NCBI GenBank assembly: GCA_011109175.1
Contig: RDEW01000108.1
Coordinates: 13,214 to 77,213, forward strand
Origin: Dicyema japonicum
Taxonomy: Eukaryota; Animalia; Dicyemida
Length of the DNA: 64,000 nucleotides
Direction: 5' to 3'
Under the pieces are notes generated by a model, which worked only from the letters and a program-made list of their open reading frames with translations, was not told the origin of the DNA and made no database searches. Shown here piece by piece: positions 13,300 to 25,740 of this stretch. The stretch's first letter is position 1, and each line of letters opens with the position of its first letter. Made by a program: the position numbers and the translations under genes.

Positions 13300-13960
13300 T
13301 AAACACTAAAATTACATCACCATAAATACATTGCGACATCAAGGTAATAATTGCATTCCAGGGTATCTTATAAGAGAGATTGGAACGAATCAATAGATAA
13401 CAGTAATTTACTAATGTTGTGGCATCAAAAAAGAGTTGATGAGATCAAATCCAGCGAGGAGGTAAGCTTCATTGAATTGATAATTTCTGTCCAACCCTAC
13501 TGCCGTTCTTGGATTATCGCATGAAACCAGAACATCATAAAGTAGTCTGATTCGTTCGATTGGAAGTTAATTTTATTAAATTCTCAATTCCCAATCACTT
13601 CTTTGTATTATTTGTAATATTTCTTTAAATCTTCTCATTGAGTAATGAGCATTACATTATTATCATTTTCAATGTTTTCATGAGATATTATTCGATATCT
13701 TTAATTTAAAACATTTCAACCTTGCTTATTGAACTTATCGCTTATTCTTGTTCCTCAATGGAAAATGTCTTTTCATCTTCATTTGTGATGAAGACATAGG
13801 CCAAAAATGGTGCAGTGACAAGTCTAACTTGTTATCTTGGAAGATTTAATATACAAGTTAAGTTAAAGATATTTGCGGACTTCTATGATCATGGTGTCTG
13901 CACCAAAAAATCAAAATATTCTGAAGTCTCGATAAACAAAAACGGATAACTGAAATTGGA
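13300..13960 (-). pseudogene. DYNC1H1: Cytoplasmic dynein 1 heavy chain fragment (AAA6 region), degraded
   Basis: YFMMFWFHAIIQER..GW..YQFNEAYL..GFDLINSF and KIPWNAIITLMSQCIYG resemble LYFLLAWFHAIIQER/KIPWSALKTLMAQSIYGG; stops, deletions, micro-intron. Confidence 0.75.
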
Positions 13961-14624
13961 AGCTTACACGATGGTTCTTTCTGAAAAATTCTCTAATTCA
14001 GTGGCGAATACTTGGAAAAAATATTTCCCAGTCTGACTGATGGAACTTAATAAAACACTAGACACCTGCGCACATGGTCTAGCTCCTGTTGAGGGCCTGT
14101 TGCGAGCTTGGACTATTTGACAAACGACGCTAAGTCTCTTTTGGGACCTCCACAACCCGGATATGTGCACTTATTAAAGCTCAATGTTGTATGTATATAT
14201 GTGAAACAATAACTCAGGTGTCTAGTTTTGATTCAAATTGCTTAGGAGACTTGAAATAAGTATTTTATTATTGCATTTCGTTAAAATAAGGATTAAATAA
14301 ACAGTTTAAAAAATCAAGTTTTGATTTTTTACCCACGTGGATAGTCTCCTATTGTCCCCATCTCCGGGTCTCTGGGATCTTGTATAAGTGCCTAGAAATG
14401 GTTAAAGTTGAAAGTTTTTGAAATTATCATTTAAGGTCAAGCCACTTGACAGGAATGATATTGATCGAAATTATAAGACACTCAAAGTCTTCATATCTAG
14501 TTCACTCACTTTTTCGGAATTGTATTTAATTGTTCAAAACTTTTTTTACAATTAAAATTTCTAATTTATCCGGGGGTTATTTTGCCACATACAACACTGA
14601 GCTTTAATAAATATATAAAATAAA

Positions 14625-14864
14625 ATTTATTCCAAAGACCAAGGGTAACCAAACTAACTAACTCCTTAATCCTGACACGTTCCAGCGTTCCAGAACATGT
14701 CTCTCGGAAACGAAATTGTCCCCGAAGAATACGTGGATCCTTTCCTGATGTCGGCCAGACATTGGGCGTCTCCTCAGTAAGGTGGATCCAATTACAGCAT
14801 CGAAGGAAAGGAAAATAATTATTGACCAACTAGCCACATAGCACCACATGGTGCCACGTGGCTA
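14625..14864 (-). mobile_element. SINE-like family B (5' hairpin + pseudoknot core + GIT-LINE-type tail), full length
   Basis: Homologous to 25120-25352, 42908-43092, 49820-50050, 53857-54132. Confidence 0.85.
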
Positions 14865-15189
14865 AATTTTTAATATTTATATAGAATATAGATATTACAG
14901 AAATATCAGTGGTTATTAAAAATATTATGAGAAACCTCTAAAGTTATCAGTTCTACTTAGTAATCTAAGGTTCAGTGGAATAATACCCTTTCATAGAGAG
15001 GGTAGTAATGGTTCCACTAGTAAACGTGCAGGTCACAAACTTTATTTTTAGAGGAGAAGAAATTTTTAATTAATTATTAGTAGGAAGGGAACTAGGCATC
15101 AAAAATGTTATTAACCTCTATTTGCAAACACTTTGGACCTCAGGTACGGGCCATATTATTAGACTGTACAAAGATCTCTCAACTACCAT

Positions 15190-16945
15190 ACGCTACCTAA
15201 TATATGGAAGAACTCCCTGATTACGCCAATTCTAAAGCCTGGAAAAACAATTTATCCGACCAACGATGACGTATGCAAGTCCTTCATGGGCAATGCAAAT
15301 GTCACGATCTTCCTTATTGAAATTATCTGCAATCGAGGAGACTGCAATAAAGTTAATTGGACCAGATCACAATATCCAACCCATTGAAAACTTTTTAATC
15401 GAACTACAACGGAAACTATTAAAGGAGGCTGTTCTACCGAGCTGCCCTCTATTCCAAATACTGTCACATGGGCCAAGCGATACCTATGGGCTGCCTGTTA
15501 CATTAACCTTGAACCAAGTTTAACTTCAATTAATTTTATAAATGATTTATTAACCACAAAAAATTAAATTTAAGTAACTTTATTCAGTCTACTCATTAAT
15601 ACAGTCGATATGTCTCCTTTCAAATTTTTTATCTATCAAATTTAATCTGTTCGCATTCGGACAGAAATTATCTGATTGGGAATTATCTAGATATAAATTT
15701 TGTAAATCAAACTACGTTAATTTTCAATAGATTCTGGTGTCAAACAATTAACCAAATCGTCAATTTGTTCTGGAATCGCACATAACCATGAATTATTGAA
15801 TTTATTCCCTTAATTCCTCGATATCCTTCGAAAGGACTTTCGTTAGAAAATGAATGGACCGATATGTTATAACTGTAGACACCACTTTCTAATTTATCAA
15901 GCCACTTTTTTTCACTGTTATCCAGCATTTTTGACAACTTCCTCGCGATCGTCTGATTAAATCTTTTGACAATTCCTTGTGCTCGTGGATTGTTAGGCCT
16001 TCCGTGAATTGGCTTAATGTTAAAAGCTTCGCAAAGTTTTGTTATTTATTGATTTTTAAATTCAGAACCATTGTCCGACTGAAGAAATTTACATGGCCCA
16101 TTCAAGCGGAACAAAGATCTTAAGTTTTCACATACTTCTTTACCAGACTTATTATAGAGTGGTCGTACAAAAGCGAATCTATAAATTAAAAAAAACAGCC
16201 TACTATATATGTCAATGACCGTTAAAATCCATTTGAAATTTTCATTTAATGTTGAAAATTTTTTCAGGTCTATTAGATCTACCTGAAAACGTTCATTTGG
16301 AGAAGCAAACACATGGTGATTTATATTTCCAATTTCAGTTGATTTAAGATACATTCTAAAATTATTGCAAATTTACAATACATGTCATTGATAATAGAAA
16401 AATTCTCTATCTTTTTTAAAAGCCTATATTTTCTGTGCCTCGGAAGATTTTCGGGAAATTTATCATGCAAAGCATTTTTTAAAGTTTGTTATTCAACGCA
16501 ATCTTTCACAAAACCCTTGTAAGAAGCCATTCCAACAAAATAATCTTCCATGCTATAAATCACGCTAGAAATCTAGGTTTACCGCTATAAAAAATAAAAT
16601 CTTTATAATCATAACATTTATGAATAAAAAACTAATTTAACAGGATTAAATCACGATATAAATCGGATATACAAAATTAAATGTCGGATAATCAAAAGAC
16701 CTTTTCAAGGTCGAAAAAATGTAACAGGCTGCCCATGAGTTACGCGCCACCCATGTGACATACTATCGAATTATCTACAATCATACAAAATTTTAACCCG
16801 ATGCCATGTCCAATGAGAAGAGCTGTCCAGGATTCTCGACCCCGCCGGACTCGTCCTCACCTTTGTCGGTCTTGGATCACTTAGTTAGATGAGAACTTTT
16901 ATTTCTTTCTCTTTGACCCAGTGATCCTGGGGGTAATAATAATAA
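15190..16945 (+). mobile_element. GIT-type LINE 3' portion split by the Ginger-like insertion
   Basis: 15250-15461 plus 16761-16940 join into the sequence that is contiguous at 59170-59570 (minus strand). Confidence 0.85.
15462..16760 (-). mobile_element. Ginger2/TDD-like integrase DNA transposon, both ends present
   Basis: About 43-bp imperfect TIRs TGTCACATGGG..ATGGGCWGCCTGTTACATT with TGT..ACA termini; short TSD (TAC visible); rve integrase QVDLID..VIDIYSR/FAF..LQSDNGSEF..PRAQGIVKRFNQT..YSYNISVHS. Confidence 0.85.
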
Positions 16946-18100
16946 TAAAGCCTGGAAAACCAAAAGACGTTCTCTCTTCTTACCGCCCCGTCTCAATAAC
17001 TTGTTTATCGAAAATGTTGGAAAAGCTTGCATTAATGTGTATCTCTCCTGTTCTACATCTATCAGAATTTCAACATGGATTCAGGGCAGACCGTTCTACA
17101 ACGACTCGATTGGGTTCTATCTCTCAGTTTATTACTGACAGCTTCAACATGAGAACACACTTACGGATGGCCTTAGAATCAATCGACATACAGAAGGCCT
17201 TTGATTCTGTTCCGAAAAAACTCTTAACGCATAAGATTTTTAATTCGAAATACATCCGAACATCAAGCTATGGCTGGAAAATTTCTTAACTGGGCGACGC
17301 GGAAAGGTCCGGATTGACAAAACCACTTCAAAATCAAGATTACTCCTCCTTTTCAACCTATTTTTACATAATTTACCTACTACCAATGACCAGGACACTA
17401 TGTTTTTATCCTATGCGGACGACCTAATTATCGCTCCAAGAGATAAATCTCCTTCAGTGGCTGTAGCAATTGTTCAGTCACACCTAAACCGGGTATGTGA
17501 CTGGCTATCTGCAAATATGTTATGTGTGTCAGCACATAAATCCCAGTTCACCATTTTTACTACTGATCGAAGATTTAAGGATAAACTCGAACTGCTCTTT
17601 GGAGATACTTCATCCTTTCTACGCGTACGTAGTTTTCGACTATCTAATGATGTTCTCGAGTCACGTGGAGGAGGTGCTTGCCAAGTGTCTTCGGAAATAA
17701 AACATTTTAAAAGCGATCATAAATGAGAGCCTCTTCCCCCTGCTGCTTGCGTAAACAAGGTCTACCAACAAGTCATTGTTCCTACTTTATTGGCGGCCTC
17801 TTTCTGAGGAGGCGACGTTGAGGAATGGCCAGGGCTTCCTATGTTTTTGCAAGGAACTGAGAAACCCATTAAAGGAAAAAGTGGCCCATGCAGAGGAATT
17901 TCGGTCGATTATAAAAAAGTGCACGATGATTGAATTCTTATGCAGAAGGAAAAGAAATCGCTTCCGGAATGCGGTTGGGTCATCAGAATACCAGGCGAAG
18001 AGAATTCGGATGTTTTTGGAGGCTGGGATCACCTAATTAGTCAGTTTTGACCTATTTTTCTTGGTGGTTTTGGAGTTAAATAAATAAATTAAATTAAATA
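16946..18100 (+). mobile_element. GIT-type LINE, RT to 3' end, internally deleted
   Basis: KPGKP..SYRPVS, FQHGFR, IDIQKAFDSV, SYADDL; ends EAGIT*. Confidence 0.88.
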
Positions 18101-18234
18101 AATTAAAAAATCGCACCTCGTTGAGAAAAACTGCATGTCTACAAGGCTAGCCATGTTTCTCATATGCATGCGCCTCGTGGAGACCGTCCATATCATGGAC
18201 AAATAAGAGACAAATTGAGGAAATACATAAAAGG

Positions 18235-18975
18235 GCTTATTTTAATATCAAGAAGCCAAAAAATGATTCCAAATGAATATTATCACTGATTATAAAATCT
18301 ACTCTTATCGTAATCGAGTTGAGATTCCACACTAAAATAACCCAAAGTACTACTTTTAGTATAAACACTTAATCGATTTAAAGGCGTCACAATAAATAAA
18401 GCATTGAAGGCAATACGAACAGCATCACTGGTAGTTATGGGTGGGGATTTAGTAAGTCTATAAGTGATATGAATATATTACGGGGAGGATATCTTATCCA
18501 TAATCATTTTCTGAGAAGGTCCAATACAACATATGCTGTCTATGAATATATTCGCTTTGTCGTCTAATTTGATCATTTTAGAGAAGCCCGCTTCAAGTCC
18601 GACAATTATGACATCCTGGAATATAAAAATTCAACACCGTGCATTGTGATCGACTGACCATGTACGCTCTAAATTTGTTGGTAAAGTTGGTTATTGATAT
18701 GTTGTATCGATATCGTTGAAAATATTGACTATTATTTATAATAACGTGAACTGGGCATAATTTACTGATATGTTGTATAACTCTATAATTTCATGTGCTA
18801 TTCCGACCATTCCAACGGCGAAAGACAGTGTGATTTGATATATTCTATAGCAAAGTTCGTCGCCATCAAAAAATCATTAAAAGGTTCATTGAGGAACATC
18901 ATTTTCCATGACAGAATTAAAGGCAATTATCACTGAATTTGAATACTGAAATGCTACTATTGCATTAGTCATCAT
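18235..18975 (-). pseudogene. Divergent proteasome beta-type (Ntn-fold) subunit gene, probably disabled
   Basis: MTNAIVAFQYSNSVIIAFNS, RIYQITLSFAVGMVGIAHE, YFQRYRYNISITNFTNKFR, DVIIVGLE..KLDDKAN..ICCIGPSQ, ITTSDAVRIAFNAL in beta-subunit order; 22-24-nt introns, two with damaged acceptors. Confidence 0.6.
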
Positions 18976-19189
18976 TTGTAATTATTATTCAATCATTTTT
19001 TTAATTTAGTTACATGGTTTTCCGAATTATTTTAATGAAATCATGAAATTTGATTTAAAAAATATAAAATTTGTTTTTTTAGATACTCTCATTTTAATAA
19101 TTTTATTATATTCTACTTTAAATTCTATATTTTTGTAATATTTTGGAATTTCAGCACTGCGACAAAATTTAAATCAATATTTCTTAGTG

Positions 19190-20760
19190 GCTAATCGGCG
19201 TACAGTAAGCTGGGGACATTGTTCTTGTGCTCTATATGTCTCATCATAACATAACCACAACATAACATTTTTTTATTAGAGACCAAGACAAAGCGATAGT
19301 CATGGGGGATTACGCTATTAAAAATCATGCTGTGAGTCCTGGATTCTTTCGCAGTTTTACCCTCTTTAGCTTTACAGTATCTTCTGAATGAACGTGTCAT
19401 CCACTTTGTCTTCAGAAGAAAACCCTCAATCCGTTCTACTACCACGTTTCTTACTGTTTGATCAGGGTTTCCTCCTCATCTAGTGGTTCCTCACCCTATT
19501 TATGAAGGGCCACTTGATTGCCATCCTCCTCGTCTCGTCCAAAAGATTGATTATTCTTTCTCTTTTGGCGAAAAATACCATCCTTCACATCCGTAGACGA
19601 GAGAGGGTAGAATAATTCTTTCAGAAATAAAGATAAACGTCTCCTTCAAATGAGTTTTTTAGAACAGAAATGCTTGGTAAGCTTTTTCATTTTGACACTT
19701 CAACAGAATCTCTTCTATATCCAAAGCAGACACTCAAATAACGCAAATGATCAACATTTCCGATACCACTCAGAGTGACTCCTGTAGAAAAAACTTTCTA
19801 TAGAGTGAAATACGCATGGCTTTTGACTTTTCCATTGAGAAACTTAAGTCATGGGATTCACTCTACCAGAGAATAGCTTTCAAAAATTCGTGTAATATTC
19901 CTCACACACCATCGGACTTTCGAGATGTTTGATATCAGTACGTCATCCGCGTAAATAATCACATTAGTTCTAGGATTCCTGGTAGCCGGAAAATCTCTTA
20001 TAAATATATTAAATAGCAGAGGAACTCAAGACTGAGCTTGTGCACTCCCTCTTCTTAACAATCTCTTCGGAAGTAAATCCTCCACATCTCACAAATGATC
20101 TTCTCCCTGTCAGAAGATTTCTTAACCAATCAAGTAAAAGTTTTGAATGATAAAACAGTGTGTCATGCCAAACATTATCGAAGGCCTTCGATATATCCAG
20201 ACAGACGACACTCAGCTGATATTTGAAATTCCTGGTTCTCAATATCAGAGTTCAAGATGAAAAAACAATCTCCACATGATTTCCCTAGACGAAAACATTG
20301 TTTTGCTGAGAAAATTCCGTGATTTGATATACGTGTAAGTCTTTTATAAATCAGCCTCTACGTGATATTTGAAATTGAGTTTATTAGACTAATAGGGATC
20401 CGTCTCGATTTTCCTTTTGGGATCATCCGAATAATGGAATCCTTCCAAGCTTGATACATATCCCATTGTGACTTGCTCCAAATAAGTAACAGAGGACCTC
20501 AAAAAGGCAATCCGGACCCTCCTTGAATAACTTAAGGCGTATCTCGTCCATTCCAGGAGCTTTATCTCTCACTCATAATATTTGTTTTATCCTTCTTAGT
20601 AATTATTCCATGCGCATGTCCCAAAATGTTCTTCCTGAATTTTCATACTTGAAAGAGATTCTTCGGTCACTAGATCCTTTGGATAAATCCCTTGAATACT
20701 CTTTAGCATCTCCCGAAAGGGATTAGAAACATCCGCCTTGGTGACAACATTGCCATTGGA
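19190..20760 (-). mobile_element. gag-LINE family ORF2 relic
   Basis: KAPGMDEI, VCLDISKAFDNVWH, IYADDV, TFIFISERIILP. Confidence 0.8.
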
Positions 20761-20957
20761 TTTCTTCAAATTGCTGAATTAACAGAGTCAGACGGTAATA
20801 CAGCCCCAAACATATAGTAAAGGATTTTTGTCTATAATTTTACAAAAGGTGATTACAAATTTGATTTTCCTCGAGTAGACTTAAATTCTCCTTATTATAA
20901 AATTATGAATAAAAAGATGGGAGTGCATCGACAAAGTATGAATTTAACATTGGAGTA

Positions 20958-21108
20958 TTGTATTCAATTTATTAATACTTAAAAGGTTCGTATTCAGAAG
21001 GACTATGGAACTAATCCTTCACTACGTCTGCAAAGGTTTGAGCATCCCTACGGAGATGCTGTCACTAATGTTGCAGAATTGTCCCACAATTTTGTCAATG
21101 TTAAAGAT
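20958..21108 (+). repeat. Unidentified dispersed repeat (inverted copy at 58470-58621)
   Basis: About 150 nt with few differences, e.g. GACTATGGAACTAATCCTTCACTACGTCTGCAAAGGTTTGAGCATCCCTACGGAGATGCTGTCAC. Confidence 0.85.
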
Positions 21109-21309
21109 AGTGAGGGAATTGTGAAGAAGGTTCATCCATTAATGTTTCTCTCCCACATATCCGGGCAATTCTCAAAAACTCGGAAGAACTTGGCATTTTC
21201 TATGAGACACTCTCAGGGATCGTCGCATCTCTTGTATAAAAGAGATGAAATGCGGAGAAAGTTTTATTAGGGCATACTATTGCCACAAGTTTGACTTATT
21301 TTCTGTATT

Positions 21310-21720
21310 AAAAAATTTTGGACTAAAACATGACACAAACTTGTCGATGGGGAAGGGCTCTTCTTTACAATTACTTCAACACGTTCAATTAAGATATACC
21401 CAGTTCTCAAGAGCGGAGTAGGACGCATCCTTCTCTAAACATCCATATCCACCATTGTTGGAACACCTACAGTGGAGCAGAGAAGAATTCTTTTTAAATG
21501 CTGGTCAGGCACTCCCGACTCAAGTGGATCCCATGACGCCTCTTAGGATTTGAAGAAAGCAAAGAGCATAAATCCAGATGTGGGAATCAAACTGACACCA
21601 CTTAATTTACTTAAAAACCAAAAATCGCCACTACTTTAGAAGGAAACGCCCACTAGGTGACTCTAACTTATTAGTGACCTTTCAGCTTTTCTCGATGTTC
21701 TCCCACACTAACCATCGACT
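21310..21720 (-). mobile_element. Diverged long variant of SINE-like family B
   Basis: GGCGTCATGGGATCCAC..GTGCCTGACCAGCAT..AAAAAGAATTC core at 21485-21540. Confidence 0.5.
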
Positions 21721-21729
21721 AAAAATATT

Positions 21730-23445
21730 ATTTTATAAAAGCCAATATTAATTTATAAAGTCAAAATTAATATAATTTGTGTGCCTTTTTTTATGATAAA
21801 TTTATGCTTAGTTAGGATTTTTGGATCTAAAGCATTGATCAAAGTTACAAGATCCCTGAAATAACAAAACTGATTACCAATTTGGGAGTAATTGGAGGTG
21901 GAATACTTTTACTTTTAAGATCATCCCAATTTAAATCGAAAAAATCAATTTAAAAATTTCATGTTCATATCCCATGCACCCCATCCTTTTTTCAGGATTC
22001 CTGACTATAAACTTTACTAATATTTCCTTGGCTTGACTGCTGAGTTTTTGGTATTATGATTTTCTGGTGCATAATGTTGGAGATAGTTCCTCCTCATATC
22101 ACCGTCAAATGGAGCTGTCCCACCAAAATTCGTATGCGAGAACTCCGAATTCCCATAGTCGACGGAAAGTCATAAGGCTGTCTGATAAGTGTCTGCATAA
22201 CACCAAATGTGGTACCTCGGGAGAAATGTAGTCTGGAGTCCACAAAATGTAGTTTTCACTCCCAGCATCCTTCTTGGACATCCAAAGTCAACTAACTTAA
22301 CATATCCTTCACTGTCCATCATCAAATTCTCTAGTTTCAGATCCCTGAATAAATATTCACGAAAACCTGTTAATTATGTTCATTTTGTGAAGAAATACAG
22401 GACCTATTACGACCTGCCCCAAATAGAAAACCGCCATAGTTTCCGTAAAAACACCACGTTTTTGAAAGTAGAACATCATGTCACCACCAGAATAATATCC
22501 ATCATTAAAAAGCACATCCCTATATTATGCTCATATTAGAGTACTTTGTCTTGAAAGGAACATACTAACCTTCCAAGGAAGGTACACTCATTCCCCAACA
22601 GTAAACAGTCCCTTTCAGCAATGAGGACTCGTAGTCTTCGTTCTCATCAATTATGTGCTTCTTTATAGCTTTAATAGCCACTTGGCTTTCGGACGCTTTC
22701 TTTGTACCCAAAAAGACCTTCCCGAAACTCCTCTCTTCAAGAACCTACCCTTAGAACTACGAGTACTAATTTCAAATCAAAATTATCCAAAGTTATAACA
22801 TTGGAGGGGGAAACAACGTTGGACATCTAAAACCATTAGAACGTGTTGTACAGATTTCCTAATAGTGCTTACGTCGGTCGATAGTCCTATTATTCTCATG
22901 GTTTGCGCTAGATATTTCACGCTTATTCCGCAGTGATTGGGGATGTACTCTGCAACTTTTGTGAATGTTCATTTTACAATCTAAGATCATATTTTCAGTT
23001 ACTTGTGTCGGAGTCCTTGCTTAAATAATCCATAAAGAAGAGATCTACAATGTTTGCACGTGGTTGTGGTCTTATAGTTATATATTTCAAAATTGTGGGT
23101 ACGTCTTTTTAATCCATTGCCAATAGGACTCTTAAATCAATATTCCATAATACTGCCTGAGAACAGCTAACCACGCTAATTGGTAACATTTGCATGAGTG
23201 ACCATTGCACAGACTAAGATAATACAATTTTACTACATTGGCATTGATATCCTGTTTTTTGGTTATTCCCTTTAAATAATCACAATCATTGCCATATAAA
23301 TTCCTTGCACACTGAACAGAATGTAGGCTGTCGGAAGTATGTCATCATGAATCTGTGGTTGTTGAAAAACATAACTTTCCGTTTAAATGCCCGTCCAATG
23401 GTAAAGCCTTTCCTTTTTACTGATGCCGTGGTATTTTTATCGACC
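21730..23445 (-). pseudogene. Novel protein kinase C (epsilon/eta type), C1A-C1B-kinase, multiply frameshifted, C2 region missing
   Basis: [88 protein letters not shown]; G-loop decayed to VLEERSFGKV; several 22-25-nt introns. Confidence 0.9.
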
Positions 23446-23570
23446 AAGAGTGGGTCGTAAGTTACGCCCAGTATCTTGACCGAGTTGGTCGTGGGGAATG
23501 AGTTTCCATTTATGGTTACACATGGAGCGGAGTTTGTCAATCTTCTGTTGTGAAAATTGTTGTAATACAT
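23446..23570 (-). mobile_element. LINE RT-thumb fragment joined in frame to PKC
   Basis: APCVTINGNSFPTTNSVKILGVTYDPLL matches IPFTKCQKILGVTLD / IPINKTPKILGVTFD of GIT LINEs. Confidence 0.75.
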
Positions 23571-25119
23571 TATAATTATGCGTATTCAGAATATTTATGA
23601 CCGCAATTAATCGTTTAGTTAAGTATATATTATTTTATTTTTTATTTCAATAAATTTATACATCTTTATTCCCCCCATTATGACTCATTCAGCGCTGGCG
23701 ACTACTTGGGCACATTCTTCCATGGATATGGTGAGCCATGTAACCTCATTATGGAGGGTTTTTCAATCAAAATGTGACTGGGGACTTTCGTAGACGGCAG
23801 AGAACTACTCTTCCTCTCTGTCTGGGTAATATTATCTCATATTGGTGGGAAATTGAGAAGTGGTTGACCTGATGAACTGCGAAGGCGAGTGAGGAAGAAA
23901 GTTTCATAGAGGAAACTGGTAGAACGGATTGGGAAAAATGCGACACAAGCGGAACTCCAAGTATTCATATGCTTATGGGTAACGTGGAGTTACTAACTAA
24001 CTATTCGTGGATTATTGAGATAATATCAGTGCGACGTCATCTCAATGGAAGGAAAATGTCCTTCTCTTGAGGAAGTGAGGAGTTGAGGTTCTTTTGTCGT
24101 TATGAAATGAACAAATTTCAATATGGGCGTGGCAATGAATACACGTCATTTGGTTCTTACAGAGGAGTCCTTCATAAAGTATTGAAGATGAGACTTAAAA
24201 AAGTAATTTGCTCTGTCACCATGTTCAAATAGCTGCGATCTTCTCGGCATATGACCAAAAGATTGATAGTCTCCACGAGGCTCTGTATAAGAAATGCATG
24301 GCTCGATGTAGTGCTTGGTTTCTGATTCCAATCTCTAATATTCTTGAGAGACATTTCAGTAGATTGATCTCACATTTACACTTTAACGTATAAGGAAAAG
24401 CACATGTGCATGCCAAAAGTTACCATCAAAAATTTTTTAGATTTGTTGTAGGAAATTTTGGCAATTTGATTGTCTGTAACCGTCTCTTGTCTGAAGTGAG
24501 GAAAGTTGTAACAGATTTTTCGGTAGATCAATTCGGTCCAGGTATTGTTGCATTTTCCATGCGGCATTCTGTATGTCCCCATCGCATTAGACCATGACCC
24601 ATGTCATAAGTTAGTATAATATTATTTCATCGGTATAAAAAGGTCGGCCAGAAATAAGCCGAATAAAGACCCTTTTGGGGACACTATTAAATAAAAGACA
24701 CAAGTTGAATCTACAACAATTCTCGATTGGAAGATATTCTGCTTAATATTGTTTCTTGACAGCGAATCAAAAATCTTAACTTTCAATTGAACCGGAAAAA
24801 ACACTTCATATCCAGAATAAAAAAATCATGTTATCCCGGCCTCCCTCAGCAATTGGACTTGAAGGAAATATCGTAAATGGAGAACTTATCTGTATGGTTG
24901 TTTACTAATGGTCCTTTTGGGATATGATTTAGTATTATTTATGGTGCCACCAGAGATGGTGAACCACATGATGCACGCTAACAATTTAAGCTCCCTGGTG
25001 ACAAAAGGGACAAGGAAGAACAGAATAGACAATCTTCAATTCAGGTAGCCACACAGCACCACACTAACTTTGGAGCCACCGGTGTTTTTTTGGTTCAATC
25101 AATTTAAAAAAATAAATTA

Positions 25120-25352
25120 AAATTATTCCAAAAGGGTAACCAAACTAACTAAATCGTTGAACCTGACTCGTTCCTGCATTCCAGAACTTGTCTCCAGGTA
25201 AAGACATTGTCACCAGGGAACAAATAGCTGATCCTCTTGATGCCAGCAAGGCATTGGGCGTCTCCCCAGTTAGGTATATCCAATGACACCATAGGAAGGA
25301 AAATAGTTTTGACCAACTAGCCACATATAACTATATGGCGCCACTTGGCTAA
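25120..25352 (-). mobile_element. SINE-like family B, full length
   Basis: 5' hairpin, core 25230-25290, TTAGTTAGTTTGGTTACCCTTTTGGAAT tail. Confidence 0.8.
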
Positions 25353-25499
25353 ATTTTCTAAAAATTAAACAAATAAATATAACGTCCATTTTAGGATAGG
25401 ATGGCCCACATCAAATAACAATAAATAATAATCAAATATGAACATTAAATTATTTATTTTGAATTAGTAAAATAAAAACACTCAAATTGAATTTACTGG

Positions 25500-25740
25500 T
25501 GTTAACTATAGTGTTCTTGCATGTGGTTACTTGGTTGAAATATTTGTTTGTTTCTTATGTTTCTCTTTTTCCTTTTTGGCGTCATGTGATCCACATGTCT
25601 CAGGTACGGCCCAGTGCCTGAATAGGACATAATTGGATCATTTCTCTCCCATTGGATGGACTCTGGTTCTGTGACAGTGGGAACTGGATGCACTTAGTTG
25701 GTAACTTTTTTCTCGGTGTATTCGAGGTTATTAATAATAA
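25500..25740 (+). mobile_element. SINE-like family B, alternative-tail subtype
   Basis: Core 25578-25639; tail GGATGCAC..CTCGGTGTATTCGAGG(TTA)n like 34110-34170. Confidence 0.7.

Noticed and set aside
21900-22700. Insertional RNA editing or programmed frameshifting to repair the many -1 sites
   Set aside because: The same deletions occur in dead TE copies, and the kinase G-loop is also substituted, so decay or sequencing error is simpler
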